Below, piece after piece: positions 50,936-63,317 of a stretch of 64,000 bases of DNA; positions within the stretch are counted from its first letter, which is position 1; every line of letters begins with the position of its first letter. Source of the DNA: Sphyrna mokarran (Eukaryota). Both the position numbers and the translations under genes were made by a program. The stretch spans positions 36,332,001 to 36,396,000 of the forward strand of contig JAGIQG010000019.1 in the NCBI GenBank assembly GCA_024679065.1, read 5' to 3'. Under the pieces are notes generated by a model. It saw nothing but the letters and a program-made list of their open reading frames with translations. It was not told the origin of the DNA and did no database searches.

Positions 50936-51096
50936 AGTCGGGGCGTGTACATGGAGCAGGGAGTTTCCCAGCTCCGGGTGATTGGCGGACAGTGGGCTAT
51001 AAGACGCTGCTCGCTGGGTTGTTTGTTCCTTTTCAGTGCGGGCGTCTCCCCCTGTAAAGGGGGGAGATGATTCTCGCTCTTCTTTCTGAGGTAAGA
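50936..51096 (+). promoter_or_regulatory. Pol II core promoter and short first exon (about 51028-51090)
   Basis: GC box ggggcgtg ~50940, kB-like GGGAGTTTCC 50959-50968, reverse CCAAT (ATTGG) 50981-50985, TATAAG 50998-51003, pyrimidine initiator cctttt ~30 nt downstream, donor GAG|GTAAGA at 51090/51091, CpG-rich. Confidence 0.65.
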
Positions 51097-54000
51097 GCGC
51101 TGATCAAATGGCTCTTTATTACAGGAATGATTCTCTTTGTCTCCGAGATTGTGTTTTATTCCGGAGTGTTTTTTTGTGTGTAGTTTTCACGAGGTAGAAT
51201 GTTTCTTTCATATCCGCAACTTCGGGAGAAATCCCGGAGGAATGGTGCACAGTTTGAAGTCTGTATGTCTCTCTTTATTTCTTGTGTCTAAGTGAGTTTA
51301 AACGTTCAGAGTAAATTCTTGTGGTTCATGTTTCTGCTTCATGTGAGTGAGTTAGAAATCGAGCTGGAAGAACGCTTTCTGCAAGTGAATGATTTAAGCT
51401 GAAATTCTGCGGCCTGGGAGCAATATGGCAAAGCGCGATTTTTCAATTTTTTTCTAACTGAGCTCTGATCGTTTTTGGGTGCGCTAAGCCCTGCCCACAA
51501 CAGGACTTGCGATTTTTTTAGGCCAGATGTGTATGGGAGTGCGTGAAGGCAGATTTCCAAATCGGATCTGAATTGCGCCCAGATTCATTTTATGAAAATG
51601 GTAAAATGAAGCTCTATATTTCAGGTTCAAACTCCAGAGAGGAATGTCTTCCTCTCCCTTGTGGAAATATGATGGCTCTGGTTCATATTTCTGGTCCATA
51701 TGAGGATTCTTTACTGTGCACCTTTATTCTTTACTGCTCACTGCCATCCATAGCTCTATCTCCCCCATGCTCATCTCTACTGCTGGTTGACCTCTCCTGG
51801 CTCTAACAGTAGGTGCATTGAGGCTGAACTACAAGTTAATATTTTGTTTAATGTGTGGTTGTCTAATCTCTAAGCATGTCCTGTTTCTTATTCATAAACA
51901 CTTGATTTTTTTCCCCCAATTTATTTTAAATTCTTGGCCTTTTCCAGATATCGAGATAACGTTACGGACTACATGGTGACAGTCTACTGCCAAATCTGTG
52001 GATCTTGAAGTTATTTAATCAGTTTACAGACCTTCTCCCAGTTGCTGTGCCTCAGATTTGCCACCCTCACACCTCTCCTCCTCCCCTTCCCCCCCACACA
52101 CACCTCTGCCCACTCCCCCTTCCTCTCCCCCACCCCTCCTCCTGCTCCCCACTACTAACCTCTATCATTAAAGGTAAAACACAAACTGGCCACAGTACAA
52201 AGCCAGACCATTAAGTGCGTTGAAAATTTGGGGATGCTACTGGCCAATGGTCGCCCTATTTCTGATCACTGAGGACTTTGTCATCATTGCCCTTTGAATT
52301 GATCAGTTCAGTGACATTATCATTCCATTTGTTTTAACATGTTCTGTAGGCACAGATTTTATGGAGTAATGACAGGAGGGGAAAGGGAGCAGAAATTCAT
52401 CCAACTTCAGTTTTAGAATTTATTTGGTTTTAATTACTTTTACATAAAACCATACAGCACAGAGACTATTCAGTCTAAGGCATTCAAGCCAGTGCTTATG
52501 CTGCACACCCATCTCCTCCATCCACTTATCTTGTCCTGTCAACATTTCCTTCTATTTGAAGGATTTTTCAAACTGATTTTTTTTTACAACTGCTACTATT
52601 ACCAGAACAAATCTCCTGGAATTTTTGGATAGCTGCAGGATATGATTCTTCCTCTAGAAATCATTGCCCTTTTAATTCTGGCTGTGCTAGCTCACATAAG
52701 CCAAGTAGTGTTTTCTGTCCACTGACCAGATTGAAACTCTGCTGTTTGTTTGTGACATTTGCTGATTTGTAGGGTAGCCTGTAACCTGATCTCAAACATA
52801 AAACCTGAAACACAAATCTTGCATTCAAGCAAAATTGTTAATTAACTATCACTGACATTAACTCCATCTCAACTTAGAAGTAAATTGGTAGTTTAAGTAT
52901 AACTGTTTACAACCCAATACCTATAATACCTTTCTGGGACTTTGGGAGACAGATTACTCCTGGTAAATTCAAATGCACCATTTTTCAGAAGAACAATTTC
53001 TTCCTTTCATATGTTGATCATGTGGTGGAACAGGAAAATTGAGAGAAATAGGAACTTTTTTGAGACAATGGGCTTTTGAATTTTTCCACACTTCAACTTC
53101 TTGACCTTGACAGAGCAGAAGTTGGCTTTCCTGAGTAATCTTACCCTTGGTCTCGATCCCAAGTGTTCTTGCCCCCATACAGCCATTGCAACTTCTGCAA
53201 TTTAAGCTCTTGAAGCAGGATTAACCAGAGTAGCTGACCTGAAATAATATAGAATCTCTACAGTGCAGAAGGAGACCATTTGGCCTACTGAACCTGTCCC
53301 AACAACAATCCTATCCCCATAACCCCACATTCACCCTGCTAGTCTCCCAGACAGCAATTTAGTATTTTGAATGTGGGAAGGACCAAGGACAATGAACAAA
53401 GTCCACACAGTCACCCAAGGCCAGAATTAAACCAGGGTCCCTGATGCTATGAGGGAGCAGTGCTAACCACTGTGATACCATCCAAAATAAAATTTTTAAA
53501 AAGCTGTAATTATCAAGAGGCAGTATCTGTGGAGAGAGAAATAGAGTTAAAGTTTTAGGTCACTATTACTTTAACCCTGACTTGAAAGGCTAAATAAATT
53601 TCTTGCTACAGATATTGCCTGACTTGCTGACAATTTCCAGCATATTTTTAGTTTTATTACTAAAGTGATAAAATATTTTTAGACAAAGATATGAAAGGAT
53701 TAGGAACCAAGGAGGATAAAAGTATTAGAATGATCTCAAAGACCTCTTCTCATGCTTCTGCTTCTATAGGGGCCTCTGTCAGTACTGATACCCATAGACA
53801 AGATGTAAATACTGACATTCACTCCAAGAACAGTGACAGCCCCCCAACACACGTGCACACACATGCAGGTGTTTCAGCTGCCCATATCAGGACCCTACTG
53901 ATTCACAGCTTATACTACCTGCAGAAAAGGACAGAGGATGATCTGAAATCTGAAACATTTTGCTTTTATTTGATTAATTTACCACTATTTCTCTTCTAGA

Positions 54001-54196
54001 AATGTCTTTCTCAAATAAGTTCCACTCTTCTCTCCAACAGGATTTCTGTTTGTCAATTTTACCATGTTCATCTTCATTGTTATCCATTTCCCTTTGTGCT
54101 GGTTAGAAACCTCCAACCTCATCAGATTCTTCAGTCCTGCTGCAGTGTTTGGCTGAGCATCAAATTCTCCATTCTTGCTGGCAGGGTGAATGAGAT

Positions 54197-54351
54197 GGCG
54201 ATGCCAGTGTTGGATTGGGGTAAACACAGTAAGAAGTCTGACAGCATCAGGTTTAAGTCCAACTGACTTATTGATAGTTTACTATCAAATAAATATCAAT
54301 CAATAAATCTGTTGGACTTAAACCTGGTGTTGTCAGACTTCCTACTGTCTT
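54197..54351. mobile_element. Palindromic Penelope-like terminal repeat remnant with 14-bp TSD
   Basis: acagtaagaagtctgacagcatcaggtttaagtccaac pairs with gttggacttaaacctggtgttgtcagacttcctactgt; flanked by agggtgaatgagat at 54183-54196 and 54352-54365. Confidence 0.8.
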
Positions 54352-54869
54352 AGGGTGAATGAGATCAGAGAATCTGTTCTCTAGTATCATCCTACCAGAC
54401 CTGCCCCTTCTAACGGTTGCTATTTCTTTCTGCAGAATATCTCTTTGCTGTAAAGAGGGACACAAACAAGAAATTCAGGTTCCTGCACAATTTCAACAAA
54501 ACTTGGTTACACTAATTATTGGCAGGCATTTCATGATTCTGATATGCAGGAATGTTACTGCAAAGGCAGGAGCAAACGCACTAAAGTCTGACACTACTAT
54601 TGGCAGGAGAGAGGCAGAGTTGTAGCTCAATACTGCCACCCTATGGTGCCAGCTGTTATAGTCAGAACAAAGATGAATTCTTGAGATTTCAATTCAGTAA
54701 CCTAGATCTCGGCAACACCATGCTTTAGGTGACAGGGGGTTTAATTAGGATTTGTCAAAAATTTTTGTTCTTGAGATATGGACAAAAGCATTATTGCCAA
54801 ACATGAGTTGTCCTTGAGGAAGGCAGTGAACAAATTTTCATAAAGAACTGCTCTTCTTTACAGTCTCAT

Positions 54870-56930
54870 TTTCAAATCATTGTGATACTTGATGTCCAGG
54901 GGGTTACTGGTGAACTGGAAATAACCATGCAAATACAGTGGCTACAAAAGTAGGGCAGAAACTGGAAATTTTGCAGCGAGAACTTCTGCAAAGCCTGCCC
55001 ACCATCTATAGGGCACAAGTCAGGAGTGGCCTGAGCAAGTGCAAGTTCAACATTATCAAGACAAAGCAGCCTGCTTAGTTAACATCCTATTCACTACTGC
55101 AATTTACCTATCACTGCAACAGATCCACAACAGCCATCTCCCTGGTTCTACGCTCAACCTCAAACACCTTGATAATTAAGACATCTATGTCAGACACCTA
55201 TTCACAGGCTACAGCTCAGTCTTTACAATAATTCCTGCGAGACTCATCTCCAACCTTTGTACCTGAAGTTTGGCTCCTCCTGCTGCAACTGAATCCTAGA
55301 CTTCCTAGCACATAGACTGCAGTCAGTGAGGATAGGCCACAACATCACCTTCATGATCATCCTCAACACAGGTTCTCAGCAAGGCTGTGTCCTCAGCCCC
55401 TTACTATATTCCTTCTACACCTATGACTGTGTGGCTAAATTCCCCTCCAACTCAATTTTCAATTTTACTGATGACACAACCATAGTGGCTCAGATCTCAA
55501 TGATGAGATATAGTGCAGGAAAGAGATAGAGGAAGTGGTGCGATAACAATAATCTCTCCCTCAATGTCAACAAGATGAAGGAGATTGTCACTGACTTCAG
55601 GAAGCATAGTGTCTACGTCGATAGTGATAAAGCAGAGACGATCAAGAGCTTTGGGGTTTTAGATGTGCAAATCAGCAACAACCTGTCCTGTCCCACAATA
55701 TAGTTAAGAGAGCCCACCCACTTTCTCAGGAGACTAAGAAAATTTGGCATATCTACTACAACTCTCACCAACTTCTACAGATCAAAGAAAATTATAGCAC
55801 AGGAACAGACCCTTCGGCCTTTCAAGCCTGTACTGACCATGTGGCCTGACTTAACTAAAATCACCTACCCTTCCGGGGACTGTATTGTCCTATTCCCGTC
55901 CTGTTCTTGGACTTGTCAAGATGCACCTTAAAAGTCACCACTATCTACTTCCACTACCTTCCCTGGCAACAAGTTCCAGGCATTCACCACTCTGTAAAAA
56001 AAATCTGCCTTGTGTATCTTCTTTTAAACCTTGCCCCTCGTACTTTAAACCTCTGCCCCCTAGTGATTGACTCTTCCACCTGGTGAAAAAGATTCCGACT
56101 ATCCACTCTGTCCATGCCTTTCATAATCTTGTTGTCTTCTATCAGGGTCTCCCCTCAATCTCCTTCACTCCAGTGAGAACAAAACAAGTTTCTCCAATCT
56201 CTCCTCATAGCTAATGCCCTCCATACCAGGCAACAGCCTGGTAAATCTTTTCAGTACCCTCTCCTAAGTCTCCACATCCTCTGGTAGTGTGGCAACCAGA
56301 ATTGAACATTATATTTCAAGTTTGGTCTAATTAAGGTTCTACAAAGCTACAACATGACTTGCCCAATTTTTAAACTCAATGCCCCAGCTGATGAAGGCAA
56401 ACATGCTTACTTGACTACCTTCTCCACCTGCATTTTGCACTCTCTCCTTTCCTTCTCTATGAATGATATGCTTTGTCTGTTTTGTGTGCAAGAAACAATA
56501 TTTTTCACTGTGTACTAAAATGTGACAATAAAAATCAAATCAAAATGAAAGTAAACATTCACTCCCTCCACTAGACACAGTGGCAACCATTTGCACTACC
56601 TTCAAAATGCATTGCAGTGACTCAACAGCACTTTGCAAACCTGCAACCCTAATCACCTCGGACAAGGGGAGCAGACACATTGGAACACCACTGCTTGGAA
56701 GTTTCCCTCCAAGTCACTTGCTACCCTGACTTGGAAATATATTACTGTTCCTTCACTGTTAGTGAGTTAAAATCCTGGCATCTGGCTTGCAAACAACACT
56801 GTGATTGTACCAGCAGCTCCTGGACTGTAGCAGTTCAGAGGGCAGCTAATCACCACTTTCTCCGGTACAATTAGAGATGGGCATTAAATGCTGGCTAACC
56901 AGTGAGGCCACATTTTGTGAAAAGACATTT
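54870..56930 (+). mobile_element. Three-level nest: old LINE 3' end > Rex1/Babar RT (55100-56545) > CR1 fragment (55785-56430, minus)
   Basis: Rex1 RT LNTGSQQGCVLSPLLYS.YT.DC...NFTDDTT; Rex1 tail gtgacaataaaaatcaaatcaaa; host LINE resumes at taaacattcactccctcc. Confidence 0.75.
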
Positions 56931-57269
56931 TTATTAAAGACTCACACTGTTTAATTCAAAAACTGGAGATCTTGAATTTTTTAATAAAATCACAAAAGAA
57001 ACCTCAAGAATGGATTACAATTTATGTAAACTGCTCCATCAATTCCCTCTGCTTCTGGAATATCAGTGATTTAGGGAGTAGAATTATCATCCATACTCTG
57101 ACTGGCGTCCAACATCTCATGAGTCTGCCATTATTTGAACTGGTTGCAAGACTAGTTACAAAGCTGCCCCAATTTTCCATTTAAAATTCAGCTTCACCAC
57201 AATTAGTCTGAGATGAAAGTGTTAGTTTCTGTGAAATGAAACTAGGGCCAGATCCTTTGCACCACACTC

Positions 57270-57750
57270 AGTTCTGCTGTACGGGGCAGGGGAGCAGCAA
57301 TACAAAGACTGGAAGAGGAATAGTGATAGGTGAATCAATAGTTCGGGGAATAGAAAGGAGTCTCTCCAGCTGGAAGTGTGGATTCAGGAAGTGTGTAGCA
57401 CCCATGGTACCAGAGTCAAATATGGCACTACATGGCTGCAGAATGCTGAGGGATGGAGAGCAGAGGGTGAGAGGTGAACAGCCTGTATTGATGATCCACA
57501 TTGACACGAACAACATTGGCAGGAAAGAGGGATCTGATCCTACAATCAGAATACAGGGAGCTAGGTAGGAAATTGGCAAATTGGTCTTTCAAAGTAGTAA
57601 TCTCCAGATTACTTCCAATACCAAGTGCAACTGAGTACAGAAATACGAGAGTGAAACAGATGAATGTGTGGCAGGAAATAGTGCAGGAGTGAGGGCTTTA
57701 GATTATTGGGACATAATGGAACCAACTCTACAGGAGATGGGATCTCTAAA
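57270..57750 (+). mobile_element. CR1 ORF1 (SGNH/GDSL esterase-like) fragment
   Basis: GRGIVIGESIVRGIE...EQPVLMIHIDTNNIGRK; KVVISRLLPIP. Confidence 0.8.
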
Positions 57751-57919
57751 GTTGGATGACATAAATGTTTTCAGCATGGAAACAGGCCCTTCGGCTCAAC
57801 TTGTCCATTCCACCCTTTTTAAACTCCTAAAATAATCCTAATTGCCTCCATTTAGTCCATATCCCCCTAGACCCATCAGCAATGTGGGTGGGTTCCACCC
57901 ACAGTAGAGCTGGAACAGT

Positions 57920-58525
57920 ATGTGTGCATAAGTCATTGAAGGTGGCAAATCAGGTTGAGAGCAGTAAATAAAGTATCCTAGGTTTTACTGATAGGTATAT
58001 TAAGTACAATAGCAAGGATGTTACAGAATCTGGGGTTAACTGTGCCCTACAAGTGCTATTATCCTTCCTCGCTGAGATGGAATCTCCATCCCAAGTAGGA
58101 AATGCTGGCGCTTAGGCCCAGAAAACCAGCAAGGATTGGTGAAACATTGGGCTGAGATGATAAAAGACATGGATAAAATAGACGTGGAGTGAATGCTTCC
58201 GCTGGTGAGGCGATCTAGGACGAAAGGGCGTAGTCTTAGGATAAGGGTAGCAAACTCAACCAGAGTTAAGGAGAAAATACTTTTCCCAAAAAGTTATGAA
58301 TCTGGGAAATTTGCTATCCCAAAGTGTGTTGGACACTGGGACAGTGAATAAATTTAAGGAGGAGTTAGACTTTTAATTGGTAATGGGTTGAAAGGTTATG
58401 AGGGGGCACCTGGTGGGGGAAAGGCAAGAAAATGAGGGTGAGGAGCACATCAGATACGATTGAATGGCAGAGCAAACTCGATGGGTTGAATGGCCTAATT
58501 CTGCTCCTATATCTTATGAATTTAT
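57920..58525 (+). mobile_element. Degenerate CR1 3' region
   Basis: tcattgaaggtggcaaatcaggttgag...tgaatctgggaaatttgctatccc...gaatggcctaattctgctcctatatcttatg. Confidence 0.7.
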
Positions 58526-60299
58526 GAGTGAAACTACTGCTTCCTGAAGACATGCCAGGGTTGCATCAAGTCCATTGTCCTGGATACTCAGCTGTCACTG
58601 CAGGGGTTGAGAAATCCTCTCGTGTCCCATTTCTCAAAATGAGAATATCTGTGCTTTCCTTCTCCAGGTGCAGGGCCCAGATTCCCTGACATTATTAATG
58701 CTTGTGGAGGGAGGTCAGCAGTTTGGGGGAAAGTAGCGGGGAGGGTGATAAGAGCATCCTTGTTCAGGCTGGACCTAGTCAAAGGCAGTTGGTGTGAGCA
58801 GCAAGTCAGGTTAGGACTCGGCCATTTCGTGATGAGAGTGGGAAAATAAAGAGACCAGAGAGTGTATCAAACCCTGGTCAATGGGAGAAATGCAACCCAT
58901 CTTCAAGTTATCTCATCATAAAAGCTGGAAGGCAATAGCACATACAGGCAAACAGCAGATGCTGCCTCATTCCAGTGTTTGGAGAGGCTATGTTTATGTC
59001 AATTTCTTGATAGGCTCGCATTCATACAGTGCTTTCTTTAATTTCAAAACCTTTCCCAGCCAAAAAAATACTTTCAATGTGCTGTCACTTGGGGGCTTCG
59101 GTTTAATCTCTAATCAGAAAGATAGCACATGTGACAATGCAGCATTCACTCAGTACTGCACTGAATGCGTTTATCCTGGGTCATGTTCTCACTTTTCTGG
59201 AGTGGGACTTGAACCCATGAACTTCTGACCCAAAGCAGGATTTTTCTAGAGTCGTGGGGAATTGTTTTTATCATTTTGATTCTAAGTGGTGGGCGGACTT
59301 GAAACTGGGAGTCTTTCAGATCTGTTTTCAGGTGCCCCCGTACACACCCCCAACCTGAAAAATATATCAGCGATTCCGAATTGTGCTGCACGAGCCTGTG
59401 AACGGAGCTTAATGTGCCCGAAATGCTGCAGCTCCCATTGGTGCCTCCAACTGTACATGCACAGAAAAATAATGATATAATGCCTCCCGCTGATTACTGA
59501 TCTTCTTACCTCCCCTCCCCATCCCACCGCCCAGACCAATCAGGGTCTCTGTTCCCTCCACTGATCTCAGGCAGAGTGGTAGCACACCCCCCTCCCCACC
59601 ACCTGATTCCTCCCCCCGCCGTTCCTCCCACCAGTCTCAAGCTGAGTGGTGACAGACGTTCGGCACTTCTCACTAACTGGAGCACCCGAATCGGATTGTT
59701 ACAGAGCACGCCTGTTTTGCGCTGATTCCGGATTGGTGAGCATGATGGTAAACGGGGAAGTTCCCGTAACTTTGGCGTGCAGTCCATTAAATCAATTTAA
59801 ATACATGCAAATGCGTATAAATGGTTCTCGTGCCATTTCAGGACTGCCCAGGTCCTGGCCATTTTCAGGCCTTTGGCAAAGGGGAAACCGGCGCAGAGAC
59901 GGGCACAGATTGCGCTGCTCGCTTCATACTCGATTTTACCAAGTTTTCACACCTGCAAACAAGCACAACACAATGGTAAAATTGGGCCCTTCTTTAACAG
60001 CTGGAAATACTCTCATTCTCAGTTTTGCTAATGCTCTCACTCCTAATAGTACTGCCCTACATATAGTATGTAATGAAGAATATATTAATGCATTCAGCTT
60101 GGATCACCAGGTAGACAAGGTTGCAATATAATGTATCACCTGAAGGATGGCACCTTTAAAAGCACTTGCTAAGCACTGCACATGTCCTAGAGCTATGTTG
60201 GGGAAATTCACAATAAGTTAGAGAAACTTTAAAATAACTAGGGATTTAATAAAATATTTACAACAAGCGAAAATACCTTAGATTTAACGAAGTATGAGA

Positions 60300-63200
60300 T
60301 TTCTGATTTAAACATGTATTTTGGATCTTTAAAAATGTACTTCAGCTGTACATTAAAGACATTCTCCACCGGAGCAAGCAGAGGCGAGCAATTCTTTGAG
60401 GAGAGCTGAAAGGTAAGAGGGCTTAATTTTGAACTTACTTTTGGGCTGAGTCTGCAGCGAGCGGTTGGAGAGTGAAGCTGAGCGTCAGGAAACCAGAAAT
60501 CAGCCGTGGGGAGTTCTGGAAAGGTTTGTAGTTTGCTTTCATAGTGCAGGTAACAGTGATTGCTGGTTAAGTGTTTTATTTTTACCTGTATATAAGTTGG
60601 GCGGACTGTGTTTTCAGGATCCTTAAGTGGAAGGGGGAACGGTTGCAAGTCGTGGTACACATCGGTACCAATGACGTAGGTAAGAAAAGGCACAGGGATT
60701 TAAAATAGGATCTAGGGTGGAAGCTGAGAGCTAGAACAAACCATGTTGTCATCTCTAGTTTGTTGCAAAACAAATTATGGATGTGGCGGTCACAGGGTAG
60801 TTATCATGGGTGACTTTAACTTTTGAAATATTGATTGAAACCTTTAGGTTGAATAGTTTGGATGGGGCAATTTTGTACAGTGTCTGCAAGAGGGTTTCCT
60901 GACACAATATTTGGAAAGCCCAACAAGAAATGGAACCACATTGGTCTTGGTACTGGGTAATGAATCGGGCCAAGTGTTAGATTTGTTTGTGGGAGAGCAC
61001 TTTGGAGGTAGTGATCATAATTCGATGTCATTCATTATTGCAATGGAAAGGGATTGGGCCATACGGCAGGGCAATGTTTATGGTGGGGGAAAGGTAATTA
61101 TGATGCGATTAGGCAAGAATTAGGGAGCATAAAATGGGAACAGAAACTATCAGGAAGAGGCACAAATGAAAAGTGGAGCTTGTTAAGGAACAAATACGGT
61201 GTGTCCCGGATAGGTACATTCCTGTCAGGCAGGGGGGAAATGGCAGAGTGAGGGAACCATAGTACACAAAGAAGTTTAATGCCTTGCCAAGAGGAAAAAA
61301 GAAGCATATATAAGGATGAGAAAATAAGGTTCAGTTGGACCACTTGAGGGTTCCAAGGTAGTAAGGAATGAGCTAAAAAAAAGGACTTAGGATAGCTAGG
61401 AGGGAGCATGAGAAGTCATTGACGGGTCAGATAAAGGAAAACCCCAAGGCTTTTTAACTCTTATGTGAGAAATAAAAGAATGACCAGGGTGAGGTTAGGG
61501 CTGGTCAAGGATAGTAGTGGGAACTTGTGCATGGAGTCAGAAGAGTTAGGAGAGGTGATGAATGAATACTTTTCTTCAATGTTCATCAAGGAGTGGGGCC
61601 ATGTTTTTGAGGATGAGAATGTGATAGTGCGGCCGCACTTGGAGTATTGTGTGCAGTTCTGGTCCCCACATTATAAGAAAGATGTGGAGGCATTGGAGAG
61701 GGTACAGAGGAGGTTTACCAGGATGTTGCCTGGTATGGAGGGCAGGTCTTATGAAGAGAGGCTGAAGGATTTGAGGTTGTTTTCGTTAGAAAGGAGGCGG
61801 CTAAGAGGGGACCTTATCGAAACATATAAGATGATTAGAGGTTTAGATAGGGTGGACAGTGATAGCCTTTTTCCTAGGATGGAGAAAGCTAGCACGAGGG
61901 GACACAGCTTTAAATTAAGGGGTATGAGTTATAGGACGGATATCAGAGGTAGGTTCTTTACTCAAAGAGTGATTAGGGAGTGGAATGCCCTGCCTGCAGC
62001 TGTTGTAGATGCGCCAAGTTTGGTGGCGTTTAAGAGGTTAATTGATAAGTATATGGAAGAGAAGGGAATGGTTTAGTTTGGAGGGGCATTGCTTTTTATT
62101 TTGGTCGGCACAACATCGAAGGCCGAAGGGCCTGTTCTGTGCTGTAATGTTCTATGTTCTATGTTCTATGATACAGGCTGATATTCTGGAGGAGGTAGAT
62201 ATCTGAGGGAAGATGTATAAGCAATTTTGAAAAACCTGAGGGTCAGATGGCATATATCCCAAGATTCTTTGGGATGCAAGGGTTGAAATTGCAAAGCCTT
62301 TGGCTTTGATTTTTGGGTCCTCACTGTGCACAAGGATGACATCAGAGGACTGGAGAGCGGCGAATCCTCTCTTTAAGAAAGGAAATAGGAATGACCCTGG
62401 TAATTATAGACCGGCCAGTCTTACTTCAGTCAGTAAGTTAATGGAAAAGATCCTGAGGTATAAGATTTATGACCATTTGGAAAGATGCAGCTTAATCCAG
62501 GATAGTCAGTAAGGATTTGTGATGGGTAAGTCTTGCCTTCCAAATTTGATTGAATTCTTTGAGGAGGTACTAAGTGTGTAGATGAAGGTAGAACAGTTGA
62601 TGTCATATACATGGATTTTAGTAAGATGTTTCATAAGGTTCCCCATGGTAGGTTCATGAGGAAAGTAAGGAGATGTGGGATAGAGGGAAATTTGGCTAAT
62701 TGGATAAGTAACTGACTATCTCAGAGAGAACAGAGGATGATGGTGGATGGAAAATTTTCCGATTGGAGACCAGTTATCAGCAGTCCACCACAGGGATCAG
62801 TGCTGGGTCGTCTGCTATTTGTGATTTTTATCAATGACTATGAGGAGGAGGCTTAAGGTGGGTCAGTAAATTTGCTGATAACGCCAAGATTAGTGGAATA
62901 ATGGATAAAGCGGTGGGCTACCATAGGTTGCAAACAGAGATTGATAGGCTGCAGAGCTGGGCAGAAAACTAGCAAATGGATAAGTGATCATTTTGATAGG
63001 ACAAGGTGATTCATTTTGATAGGACAAATTTGAATGCAGATTACAAGGTTAATGGCAGGATTCTGAGGGATGTAGAAGAACACTGAGATCTTGGGGTTCA
63101 TTTCCACAAGATCATTGAAGGTTGCCACTCAAGTGGATAGAGCCATGAAGAAGGCTTATAGTGTGTTAGCGTTTATTAACAGGGGCTTTGAATTTAAGAG

Positions 63201-63317
63201 CTATGGTGTTTTTCTGCAACTATACAGGACCTTGGTGAGACCACATTTGGAATATTGTGTGCAGTTCTAGTCACCTCACTATAAGAAAGATGTGGAAGCA
63301 TTAGAGAGAGTTCAAAG
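60300..63317 (+). mobile_element. Long degenerate CR1 LINE (5' UTR, ORF1 esterase remnant, APE, RT) hosting a younger CR1
   Basis: VVVHIGTNDVGKK at ~60651; MGDFNF, HFGGSDHN, NYRPASLTS, YMDFSK, PQGSVLG, KFADN remnants. Confidence 0.85.
61627..62170 (+). mobile_element. Young CR1 3' fragment nested in the older CR1
   Basis: Nearly identical to ~36108-36650; host reads ...gagaatgtgata | caggctgat... with tgata on both sides of the insert. Confidence 0.9.

Noticed and set aside
51022-51048. Iron-responsive element (CAGTGC loop) in the candidate 5' UTR
   Set aside because: The flanks (ctttt / gggcg) do not form the required 5-bp upper stem.
54436-58713. Possible internal exons of the plus-strand gene at ~54436-54478 and ~58668-58713
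   Set aside because: Acceptors are plausible but donors are weak and the translations resemble no known protein.
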